Source of the DNA: Promethearchaeota archaeon | GTDB lineage: Archaea > Asgardarchaeota > Hermodarchaeia > Hermodarchaeales > Hermodarchaeaceae | Assembly (NCBI GenBank): GCA_048938295.1 | Contig: JBHLMI010000044.1 | Coordinates: 1 to 12,415, forward strand | Length of the DNA stretch: 12,415 nt | Direction of reading: 5' to 3' | Shown: in pieces, positions 1 to 7,784 of the stretch | How the letters are laid out: every line of letters starts with the position of its first letter | Position numbering within the stretch: position 1 is the stretch's first letter | Notes under the pieces: model-generated | What the model was told of the DNA's origin: nothing | Seen by the model: only the letters and a program-made list of their open reading frames with translations | Databases searched by the model: none | Translations under genes and position numbers: made by a program

Positions 1-369
1 GATAACCCTGCATTTGACGAGTGGACTATGGATGAACCTTCCCCTCTGGGAGAGGATAAGGGACCGAACGCCACACGAGCGTTAGCAGCCGCCATTGGCA
101 ATTGCCTAACGGCGAGTTTTATGTTTTGCCTTCAACGAAGTAAACTCACTGTTGATACTATTCGTGCAGAAGTCTCCCCAACAGTCGCTCGTAATGAGGA
201 GGGACGCTGGCGCATTCATCATATTGACGTAAAGATTCATATCAAAATGGCTTTGGATGACCCGAACCGATACCAGCGCTGCGTGGATATTTTCGAGAAT
301 TACTGTATCGTCACATCTTCGGTGCGCCAGGGGATTCCAGTCGATGTTAATATTATTCATGATGATTGA
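1..369 (+). CDS. OsmC/Ohr-family protein, 5'-truncated by the window edge
   Basis: Frame 1 is open from base 1 (DNPAFDEWT-MDEPSPLGEDKGPNA...). It has the OsmC-type pattern P-LG-x3-GPN, a first Cys in GNCL and a second in YCIV. The ATG at 28 is probably internal. Confidence 0.85.
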   Translation, partial: DNPAFDEWTMDEPSPLGEDKGPNATRALAAAIGNCLTASFMFCLQRSKLTVDTIRAEVSPTVARNEEGRWRIHHIDVKIHIKMALDDPNRYQRCVDIFENYCIVTSSVRQGIPVDVNIIHDD

Positions 370-434
370 TTTCAACTTAACTTTTTCAGAAATTGAGCTA
401 AACATTTATCTGGAGTCTTACGGACAATGGAGAA

Positions 435-448
435 CGGAAGGGTTATAC
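435..448 (+). promoter_or_regulatory. Candidate archaeal BRE/TATA promoter for the 499 ORF
   Basis: CGGAAGGG-TTATAC lies about 50 nt upstream of the ATG, with SD-like GGAG close to the start. Confidence 0.4.
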
Positions 449-498
449 TATCCGCTAGCCCGTATTAATTGTAAACAGCTCACGGAGATTGATTTCTG

Positions 499-1197
499 AT
501 GACACAACCACCTCAAACCCCACCACCTGCTGCTCAGAAAGGCGGAATTGATCAAGAGTTGAAGAGAATTGTTTCATATATCAGCCATCTGAACGAAGCG
601 CAGAAGAAGATGGCTGCACAGATCACTAATATTGAGAAACGTATTGATGCGCTGGATAAGGCCATCGGTAATATTATGACGGCTACAGGGAAGGCGGTTG
701 CTGATGGATTGGCTCCCATTGAAGCCAAACTTTCAGAAGTCATCGATAAATCCATTCGATCAGCCATGACCGAACAGATAATCCCACAACTTAAACGAGC
801 TGCCCCCGCACCTGCTTCTGCACAAACCCCAGCCCCAGCGCGTGCGCCAGCCCCCGCACCTGCACCAGCTCCTACACCTGTCTCTGCCGGACCAGCAGCT
901 CCTCGTCGCCCCTCCGATGTACCTGATACAAAAATTGCCATGGTCATTGAAGTGAACGATAACATTATCAACGACCTGAAGAGTCGGCAAAAGGTGCAAC
1001 GGGAGTACCTGAAACCCCTGATTGAGCAAGCCCGTGATACTGCAATGAATAACCTCAGCAGTCGGGCGAAAGCTGCGAGCGTGTACAAAGAACTCATCGC
1101 CCTCCTAAAATCTAGCCCTTCTGATTTACCCCCAGATACCGTTGCCACAGCCGTTGCCAGGCTAGAAGAGCTGAACATGCACATCCGATCAGGCTAG
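499..1197 (+). CDS. Hypothetical protein: N-terminal coiled coil, Pro/Ala-rich linker, C-terminal helical bundle (Vps28-CTD-like by eye)
   Basis: 232 aa. Heptad hydrophobics at I28/L31/M38/I42/I45/I49/L52/I56/I59, an APAPAP linker at aa 101-142, and an amphipathic helical domain at aa 143-232. Confidence 0.8.
   Translation: MTQPPQTPPPAAQKGGIDQELKRIVSYISHLNEAQKKMAAQITNIEKRIDALDKAIGNIMTATGKAVADGLAPIEAKLSEVIDKSIRSAMTEQIIPQLKRAAPAPASAQTPAPARAPAPAPAPAPTPVSAGPAAPRRPSDVPDTKIAMVIEVNDNIINDLKSRQKVQREYLKPLIEQARDTAMNNLSSRAKAASVYKELIALLKSSPSDLPPDTVATAVARLEELNMHIRSG
802..863 (+). repeat. Low-complexity Ala-Pro coding repeat containing a 14-nt direct repeat
   Basis: GCCCCCGCACCTGC occurs at 802-815 and 850-863 within the linker-coding region. 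Confidence 0.8.
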
Positions 1198-1255
1198 CCT
1201 AAATGGAGCAGTTACCTCAATTGTTCCTTTATTTTTCACTTCACCACTTGTTCTA

Positions 1256-1272
1256 CTCAGGGTTAACCTGAG
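1256..1272. promoter_or_regulatory. Inverted repeat (candidate operator or terminator hairpin) upstream of the nitroreductase operon
   Basis: CTCAGG-gttaa-CCTGAG, perfect 6-bp arms. Confidence 0.35.
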
Positions 1273-1354
1273 AGCGGATACTTCATTGTTAGCAAAGCTA
1301 CCATTTAATACCACTTACATATATTCCGAATAGAAACGCCAAGGTGGTATATTT

Positions 1355-2134
1355 ATGACAGAAGCAAAATCCAAGGTATCTGCGTCGAAAAAAGGTGAAT
1401 CCAAGATCCACACCCTTGCCACGAGCCAATTGATCGAGTTAATTCGTATGCGACGAAGCATCCGGCATATGACGGGTGAACGGATCCCAGACGAAGATTT
1501 GGAGCTGATCTTGGATGCCGCCCGATATGCACCGTCTCCAGAAAACATGCAGATGTGGCGGTATGTCATGATCCGTGATGATAAGGAAATGAAACGAATT
1601 ATCGCTGATATCAGTCAAGAGGCAGCTCGCTACGTCTTTGGCAACTACCCTTATGAGGCAACCCAGGGTCGGCTCTGGTATATGCCTGATGCGAGTCGTC
1701 CGGGGACCTATGAAGAAATGCGGGACGGCTCCTTGTTTCGGTATCCTGAGAAAGCGGATGCTGTAATCGTATGCTGCGCCTCAGAAAGCTGGCATGATAG
1801 CCCCGCAATGTATTCGAATGAGCTCTGTGGAAGCGTAGTTGTCGCCATGGGAGTCTTTAGTATGTGGCTGGTCGCCCATTCCATGGGATACGCCTGCGCA
1901 TATCAAGCGGTCCCCTTTGCCGATAAAAGGCACGTCGAATTCATCTGTGACAAACTAGGAATTCCCCGCACCTGGACACCATTAGCGGCTTTTTGTATTG
2001 GGGTGCCTGAAAAACCACGGATGCTTGGACCCTCCCGTTGGCCGTTAGAAGGAAGTTTCTATGCTGAACGGTGGGGGAATCCATACACACGCTTAGCGTT
2101 TCGTACCAATAGAAAAACAAAATTCAAACGTTAA
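1355..2134 (+). CDS. Nitroreductase-family flavoprotein (FMN-binding)
   Basis: RRSIR FMN-binding motif, AARYAPSPENMQMWRYV, late LVAHSMGYAC and LGIP...IGVP segments; SD AAGGTGGT at 1341-1348. Confidence 0.92.
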   Translation: MTEAKSKVSASKKGESKIHTLATSQLIELIRMRRSIRHMTGERIPDEDLELILDAARYAPSPENMQMWRYVMIRDDKEMKRIIADISQEAARYVFGNYPYEATQGRLWYMPDASRPGTYEEMRDGSLFRYPEKADAVIVCCASESWHDSPAMYSNELCGSVVVAMGVFSMWLVAHSMGYACAYQAVPFADKRHVEFICDKLGIPRTWTPLAAFCIGVPEKPRMLGPSRWPLEGSFYAERWGNPYTRLAFRTNRKTKFKR

Positions 2135-2144
2135 CAAGGAGTAG

Positions 2145-2417
2145 ATGCTCATGAAAATCAGTTTACCCAAAGAAATCCAGAAGGGACTAGCGGAGAAAGC
2201 TAAAAATGCCAACATTACTGTTGAAGCAGCAGCAACCCTCATATTAAGTGAATATGTCCGCATCTTCGGAAGTGAGATTTACGTGGGAACCTGGCGCAGC
2301 GGAGACAAAGCCGGGAAGAACGGGATGCGTTATGTAATTGATTGGCCCTTTCAACCCGGATTAGTTAAGATATCTGGCGATCAGTCAATAGATTTGGAAA
2401 AGGAAGAAATCAGTTAA
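2145..2417 (+). CDS. Small protein with an N-terminal ribbon-helix-helix (RHH)-like domain
   Basis: MKISLPKEIQKGLAEKAKNANITVEAAATLILSEYV fits the RHH strand-helix-turn-helix pattern. SD AAGGAG; the start could be 2145 or 2151. Confidence 0.7.
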   Translation: MLMKISLPKEIQKGLAEKAKNANITVEAAATLILSEYVRIFGSEIYVGTWRSGDKAGKNGMRYVIDWPFQPGLVKISGDQSIDLEKEEIS

Positions 2418-2429
2418 GGAGGAGTCGAT

Positions 2430-2720
2430 GTGAAACGATACAAGAAAGCACCAGATGGACAATGGCCCGGGTATCCCACACTTCGATTAAATGACATAGA
2501 GACACTGACCATTCGGCAGAACCAATATGTCGCGGAATCGATGGTGAACAACCGTAAGGGACGAGTTGTAGTGTTAATGGACCATAATGAATACCAAGAA
2601 TTTCTAGAAAAGGTCCAACATAACAAAGGCGACATCAGTGCCCGACATGTGAATGCAGCGGCTTTAGAAGCCATACGTGCTTGGATGAAACAGAAACGGT
2701 TAGGAGAGAAGAGAGAATGA
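2430..2720 (+). CDS. Small protein with a C-terminal RHH-like domain
   Basis: GTG start after SD AAGGAGGAG. RVVVLMD-HNEYQEFLEKVQHNKG-...-VNAAALEAIRAWMK resembles archaeal RHH proteins. The stop overlaps the next ATG (ATGA). Confidence 0.65.
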   Translation: MKRYKKAPDGQWPGYPTLRLNDIETLTIRQNQYVAESMVNNRKGRVVVLMDHNEYQEFLEKVQHNKGDISARHVNAAALEAIRAWMKQKRLGEKRE

Positions 2721-3079
2721 CCAATCTAATTACCCAATTATTCGATGGATTAATTGCAAGAGTCAATAGCACTTCAGAGCTTCGTGAACAGGTGAGGATA
2801 TGGGTAGGCTCTTATCAAGGGAAAGTCCTCCAACTTGAAACCGAAGCTGAAACATTGCATATCATTATCTTCAAGCAGGGAACGATGGAACTGAGAAAAG
2901 GGAGTTATCCTTCTCCGGATGTGATTTACAAAGCGAGCAGTGAAACGTTGATGAATTTGTTCACAGGGCAGGCATCATTTCGGGACTTGATGAAACGGTG
3001 GGAACTCATCATTATTGGAGCCGGCCATGAGTCAGGGCCCTTGGGACAGTTAATGCTACAGGTCTTGCAGGCAAAATAA
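2717..3079 (+). CDS. SCP2 sterol/lipid-binding-domain protein
   Basis: 120 aa from ATG 2717 (ATGA overlap with the upstream stop). The PDVIYKASSETLMNLFTGQ...ELIIIGA...LGQLM pattern is typical of the SCP2 fold. Confidence 0.75.
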   Translation: MTNLITQLFDGLIARVNSTSELREQVRIWVGSYQGKVLQLETEAETLHIIIFKQGTMELRKGSYPSPDVIYKASSETLMNLFTGQASFRDLMKRWELIIIGAGHESGPLGQLMLQVLQAK

Positions 3080-3095
3080 TTGAAAGGGTGAGTAA

Positions 3096-4088
3096 GTGTC
3101 AAAGAAATCCCCTCGAAAAACCAACTTGACAGCAGAAGACTGGTTTAGCCTCGGAGTGACACTTGGTGAACAGGGAAACCACGAGAAAGCGTTGGAAGCT
3201 TTTACTGCTGCCACGGAGTTATGCCCTCATGATGCAGCCATCTGGTTTAACCGGGGGCTTGTCCTTGATGAATTAGGTCGGATCAATGAGGCGTTGGACT
3301 GCTATCTTCGGGCAACCGAAATAGATGACAATCATACTGAAGCATGGAACAACCTAGGTGCAGCCTATCAGGAACTGGGACGCTCCCAAGAGGCGTTAGA
3401 AAGCTTCATTAGAGCTACACGCACGCGTACACCAAACCGATTGGATTATGCCAATGCCTGGTACAACCGGGGCGTTATTTTAGCCGATATGGAGCGCTAC
3501 GAAGAAGCACTGCATTGTTTTATTGAAACAGTACGTAATAATCCTGGAGACGCACGCGCATGGTACAATCGTGGGGTTATCCACGAACAGCTTGGCCAAC
3601 AAGAAGAAGCTCTCGCCAGTTACAAGAAAGCTACCAAGATGACTCCAGAGCACATAGAAGCGTGGCTTGACATGGGTGAACTCCTGGGGAAGCTGGAACG
3701 GATTGAAGATGCCCTAAAGATCTTCCAACGAGTTATTGCTCTCGAACCAGAGAACGCCCGTGCGTGGTATGATAAAGGCGTCACATTAGGTATGCTGAAC
3801 AAACACAATGAAGCCGTTGAAGCTTATTCACGTGCCACACACCTTAATCCACATGATGTGCTAACCCTCTATAATCTTGCCAACACGCTAGCGCGTGACC
3901 TCAAACGGTTTGACGAGGCCCTAAACATCACTAATCGAATTCTCGAGGTGAGCCCTAACCATGTTAACGGGTTATATCTTCGTGGCAGGATTCTCATTGA
4001 GTTAAATCGTCCACAGGAAGCCCAGACCTGTTTTGACCAAGTTCGTAAGCTCGACCCGAATTACCCAAATCTCATCCAGGTCAAGTAA
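3096..4088 (+). CDS. Tetratricopeptide repeat protein (9 TPRs, no other domain)
   Basis: Nine ~34-aa repeats with W-x2-[LRKM]G...A...[YF]...P consensus. GTG start after SD GGGTGA. Confidence 0.95.
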   Translation: MSKKSPRKTNLTAEDWFSLGVTLGEQGNHEKALEAFTAATELCPHDAAIWFNRGLVLDELGRINEALDCYLRATEIDDNHTEAWNNLGAAYQELGRSQEALESFIRATRTRTPNRLDYANAWYNRGVILADMERYEEALHCFIETVRNNPGDARAWYNRGVIHEQLGQQEEALASYKKATKMTPEHIEAWLDMGELLGKLERIEDALKIFQRVIALEPENARAWYDKGVTLGMLNKHNEAVEAYSRATHLNPHDVLTLYNLANTLARDLKRFDEALNITNRILEVSPNHVNGLYLRGRILIELNRPQEAQTCFDQVRKLDPNYPNLIQVK

Positions 4089-4169
4089 TTCACCAAATAA
4101 GATATTTAACCGGATGTGATTATACGCTGACGATACACCAGCCTATAACAAGAAATAGTGTGGCTTGGT

Positions 4170-4379
4170 ATGAAGTTTGAATGGTTGAAAAACTGGGTTC
4201 AATTCGCGTTCGTTGCAATGCTGTGTGGCGTTGCGTCAATTGTCGATCTTATACTCGGCTCCTTGGGAGCCGTGACTATTGGCATTATCTTCACAGCCTT
4301 TTTCGTCATCATTACCATCAGTATGATAATTCTTGGCTTCATTATTGCCCGAACACAGAAGGCTGACAATACTACTTGA
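4170..4379 (+). CDS. Small membrane protein (2 predicted TM helices)
   Basis: 69 aa from ATG 4170 (GTG 4158 is an alternative start), with two long hydrophobic stretches and a short polar tail. Confidence 0.65.
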   Translation: MKFEWLKNWVQFAFVAMLCGVASIVDLILGSLGAVTIGIIFTAFFVIITISMIILGFIIARTQKADNTT

Positions 4380-4409
4380 TGGTTAAGGTTAATTCCAGCA
4401 CTGTAATTT

Positions 4410-4415
4410 TTTAAG
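4410..4415 (+). promoter_or_regulatory. Candidate TATA box (TTTAAG), also part of a T-tract after the small membrane gene
   Basis: TTTTTTAAG at 4407-4415; about 24 nt downstream is 4439, where a long hairpin starts. Confidence 0.4.
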
Positions 4416-4438
4416 CCTGAACTTGTGGAGTCTAACAC

Positions 4439-4542
4439 GAGGGATATTCGAACCTGGTGCGGGATTCACGATTCATCAACGCAAGTGTGATAGATGTTTA
4501 TTTACATGATCTACGCATAGTTCCAAATCGCAATATTCCCTC
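4439..4542 (+). ncRNA. Candidate structured leader or sRNA: long imperfect hairpin upstream of the SPFH gene
   Basis: GAGGGA(4439-44)/TCCCTC(4537-42), TATT(4445-48)/AATA(4532-35) and TGCG(4458-61)/CGCA(4514-17) are nested; further pairs use G-U on the + strand. Confidence 0.3.
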
Positions 4543-4635
4543 AACCGAAAAGTGCTACCATCCAATCCAACTAGCATTTCAGCAAATGTCTACACGAAAC
4601 GTGTGGAGCACTTTGAGTGACTTGTGGTGAAAACT

Positions 4636-5601
4636 ATGACTGAAGTAGAAATAAGTGATAAAGAACAGCAACGTATGTATGAATATAGGGGCTCGCCACT
4701 TCCCTTACTCACATTCCTATTTCTTGGAATTATCTTCATTCTCGTCGCAATCTTTGGAGTCCCCTTGCTGCTACCCATACTTGGTTTTTGGACCTTCTTT
4801 CTTCCATTCCTCTTTGGATTCTTTGCAGTAATGTTTTTTGTTTTCATTCCAACAACCGTGTCTATTAACAAACAGTGGGAAGAAGCCATTGTTCTACGAT
4901 TCGGAAAATTCGTTCGACTCGTCGGACCAGGTATGTTCTTCAGGTGGCCTTTTGTCGAGAGATTCATCCGCCAAGATATGCGAATCCAAACCCTGGATGT
5001 AATGAAACAGGAACTAATGACCCGTGACAACATCAGCCTACACGTTGACGCTGTAGTCTTCATGAAAGTCATCAACACACCCAAAAGTCTCATCAATATC
5101 CAAGATGTAAGACTCAGCACTGTTCAATACGCTCAAACCACGATGCGAGATGTCATTGGCAATGTCGAACTTGACGACCTCCTCGCAAAACGCGACCAAA
5201 TTGCCGAACGTATCAAGACCATCGTTGACAAAGATGTCAATACATGGGGCATTGATGTAATCAGCGTCAATTTACAAAATATCGAATTGCCCCTGGATAT
5301 GAAGCGAGTCATCGCTCGACAGGCAGAGGCGGAGCGTGAACGCCGGGCAGTGATTATTAAAAGTGAAGGGGAACTCGTTGCGGCTCAAAACCTTGAGCAA
5401 GCTGTTCGAGAGATGAGTACTCAAGCCCTCTATCTTCGGACCCTCTCGAGCCTTGAAGACATTAGCTTCGATCAGAGCAACACCATCGTCTTTGCCATTC
5501 CCATGGACATGGTCAAAGGCGAAATCATGGGTCTTGCAGGCCTTGCTGGTGTAAATCAACCAGCACCAGTTAGAGAAACACGACGAAGGAAAACAGACTA
5601 A
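4636..5601 (+). CDS. SPFH/band-7 stomatin-like membrane protein
   Basis: SD GGTGA 4626-4630 before ATG 4636. Motifs VLRFGK...GPGMFFRWPFVE, QELMTRDNISLHVDAVV and RQAEAERERRAVIIKSEGE; hydrophobic N-terminus. Confidence 0.95.
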   Translation: MTEVEISDKEQQRMYEYRGSPLPLLTFLFLGIIFILVAIFGVPLLLPILGFWTFFLPFLFGFFAVMFFVFIPTTVSINKQWEEAIVLRFGKFVRLVGPGMFFRWPFVERFIRQDMRIQTLDVMKQELMTRDNISLHVDAVVFMKVINTPKSLINIQDVRLSTVQYAQTTMRDVIGNVELDDLLAKRDQIAERIKTIVDKDVNTWGIDVISVNLQNIELPLDMKRVIARQAEAERERRAVIIKSEGELVAAQNLEQAVREMSTQALYLRTLSSLEDISFDQSNTIVFAIPMDMVKGEIMGLAGLAGVNQPAPVRETRRRKTD

Positions 5602-5645
5602 GAAGAACTATTCAATGCTAGCGATCTTGAGAGTCGACAGCACTA

Positions 5646-6254
5646 CTACCAGCTGTCGGCTCGACTACCTTTTTTTCTGCGGTACCATAATTGCCAGATG
5701 ATGAGAACTAGAAGTGTGAAAGACCAAATGAAGATAACGAGGATCATGAGGATTACGAGGATAATCAGTGCATGAAAAGCTGTCACCGGAATTATCATAA
5801 TGAACACACTAGCGTCAAGATGCCCTCCATTGCCATAGAAGTATCCGTGAACTTGATAGTATCCCGGAGGAAGTGTATATTCCGGACCTAGTTCTGAAGC
5901 ATCATAAACGTATTCAAAGGTGAACGTCTCCTGGGATTCGATTGTGAATGTAGTAAGCGCGGGATGTACTCCATGCCCCGCTTGAACAAAGATTTCATCT
6001 CCTCGTCGAATCTCGATACAGAATGGAAAGTTATCGAGACCAGTAATACTGATTGGTGAAGAAGTGGGATTGAAGAAAGATAATTGGATAAAGATTGGCT
6101 CAGCGATAAAATATACTGATTTGTTCACTCGAATAGTTGTGACTAGTGAGGATTGAATGTTCGTTGGTTGAATGCTTTGAAAATCAGAGGGTGAAAAAGA
6201 AAATGCTAGGGATAAAGTTAAGCTGAGACCGATGACAAGAATCCTTTTTTCCAT
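5646..6254 (-). CDS. Predicted secreted, membrane-anchored Ig-like (BsuPI-like) domain protein
   Basis: N-terminal signal peptide, a beta-rich domain (IQLSFFNPTSSPISIT...LPPGYYQVHGYF), and a C-terminal TM followed by RRKK. ATG at 6254 (TTG 6257 alternative). Confidence 0.7.
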   Translation of the reverse strand: MEKRILVIGLSLTLSLAFSFSPSDFQSIQPTNIQSSLVTTIRVNKSVYFIAEPIFIQLSFFNPTSSPISITGLDNFPFCIEIRRGDEIFVQAGHGVHPALTTFTIESQETFTFEYVYDASELGPEYTLPPGYYQVHGYFYGNGGHLDASVFIMIIPVTAFHALIILVILMILVIFIWSFTLLVLIIWQLWYRRKKGSRADSW

Positions 6255-6340
6255 CAAAGGAACCGTAATCTGGTATAGATAGCATCCGGTATTAGTCTAC
6301 AGTTTAGAACATTATGTCCACAGGGAATAGGTGGCATTTC

Positions 6341-7612
6341 TTATTTCTTAGATTTCTTTTTGCCCCAGAAGTCGGGAACTTTACCTTCACGGGGACCCCA
6401 AGGATCAGGATTATCGTGTCCAGAATATTGTAGGCGGAATCCGGTGTCCAATTCAGTGACTTGGGCGTCTTTCAAAACAGCCTGCCCCGCGACCAGCCGT
6501 TGTATCTGGTTGGTGCCTTCATAGATTTGGGTCAGCTTGGCACCACGCATCAGCTGTTCAGCAGGGTATTCTTTGGCGTACCCATAGCCACCCATAATTT
6601 GGATACAATCCAGTGTGTTTTGCATCGCAGCGTCAGTGGCGAAGAACTTCGCGCAACTGGACTCCTTGGTGTTGCGTTTGCCTTGGTCGACAAGCCAAGC
6701 TGAATAACGGGTTGCCCATCGGGCGTGCATGGCTCGTGCTTCCATATCTGCGATCATGAAGTTGATACCCTGGTAGACACCGATGGGTTTGCCAAATTGG
6801 TGGCGATGATTAGCGAAGATAGCTGCTTCATCCACCGCACGCTGTGCAATTCCTACACCCAAGGCCGCAATAGCGGCGCGGGTCCGGTCAAGGGTTTGCA
6901 TGGCATACTTGAAGCCCTTACCTACTTCTCCAAAGAGACAATCGCTAGGAATGCGAACATCTTTGTATTCGATTTCTGCCTGGAAGGAGGCGCGCTGTCC
7001 CAGCTTGTTTTCGAGCATGACGATTTTAACGCCGGGGAGTTCAGCGTCCACCATATGCACGGCCATCCCTTTGTAGCCTAAAGAGGGGTCCACGGTAGTG
7101 AAGACACTGTGATATTTGGCGACATGCCCATTGGTGCTGAAGCACTTGCGTCCATTGATGATCCACTCATCACCATCCTTGGTGGCGGTGGTCTTCACGG
7201 CGGCTGCATCTGATCCCGCCTCACGTTCAGTGAGACAAAAAGCCGCAAATTGGGCTTCCTTGCCAGTAGCAAAGGGTTTGAGGTATTTTTTCATTTGTTC
7301 AGGAGTGGCAGTAAGGAGAAGCGGTGTGAGAGCCAGGTTGTTAGCAAGTATAGTTGTGGCGATTCCACCGTCGCCATACCCGATAGCCTCTCCGATGAGG
7401 GTCTCTTCCACCATCGAATGAGCGGGTCCACCGTATTCTTTGGGGATGTGACTGTTCATGAGGCCAGCTTCATAGGCTTTCTGGGCCAGCTTCCAGGGAA
7501 ACTCATCAGCTTCTTCAAGTTCCCGAGCATACGGTACAATCCACTTCTTGGAGAATGTCATAGCAGTGTCAAAGATTTCTTGTTCACGTTTCGTCAGAGC
7601 AAAATCGACCAT
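6341..7612 (-). CDS. Acyl-CoA dehydrogenase (short/medium-chain-type catalytic Glu position)
   Basis: Motifs FCLTEREAGSD, NGRKCFSTNG, KLGQRAS, MGGYGY and IYEGTNQIQR. Start MVDFAL at 7612 with SD GAGGCTGA; the upstream 32-codon extension in the ORF track is unlikely to be real. Confidence 0.95.
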   Translation of the reverse strand: MVDFALTKREQEIFDTAMTFSKKWIVPYARELEEADEFPWKLAQKAYEAGLMNSHIPKEYGGPAHSMVEETLIGEAIGYGDGGIATTILANNLALTPLLLTATPEQMKKYLKPFATGKEAQFAAFCLTEREAGSDAAAVKTTATKDGDEWIINGRKCFSTNGHVAKYHSVFTTVDPSLGYKGMAVHMVDAELPGVKIVMLENKLGQRASFQAEIEYKDVRIPSDCLFGEVGKGFKYAMQTLDRTRAAIAALGVGIAQRAVDEAAIFANHRHQFGKPIGVYQGINFMIADMEARAMHARWATRYSAWLVDQGKRNTKESSCAKFFATDAAMQNTLDCIQIMGGYGYAKEYPAEQLMRGAKLTQIYEGTNQIQRLVAGQAVLKDAQVTELDTGFRLQYSGHDNPDPWGPREGKVPDFWGKKKSKK

Positions 7613-7657
7613 GCATATCAGCCTCGGTATAATTGGGGCGACTAGGTAGGAAACCCG

Positions 7658-7668
7658 CTTAAAAGTTT
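7658..7668 (-). promoter_or_regulatory. Candidate promoter of the acyl-CoA dehydrogenase gene
   Basis: The minus strand reads AAACTTTTAAG, about 46 nt upstream of ATG 7612. Confidence 0.5.
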
Positions 7669-7784
7669 GTAGCTCGTGCTGTGAATCACTTCGACAAAAT
7701 GCGAGCACATACCTTTTTATGTCGCTGATGCGAATTCCACATGAGGATTCGGGACACAGCCAATCAGGCTTCTATTGTTATCAC

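Noticed and set aside
802-903. Repetitive GC-rich tract resembling a tandem or CRISPR repeat
   Set aside because: It is in-frame Ala-Pro linker coding sequence, with no constant repeat-spacer periodicity.
4441-4458. tRNA T-loop-like GGTTCGAAT on the minus strand
   Set aside because: The flanks (CCAGG/ATCCC) do not form a T-stem, and no acceptor, D or anticodon arms can be built.
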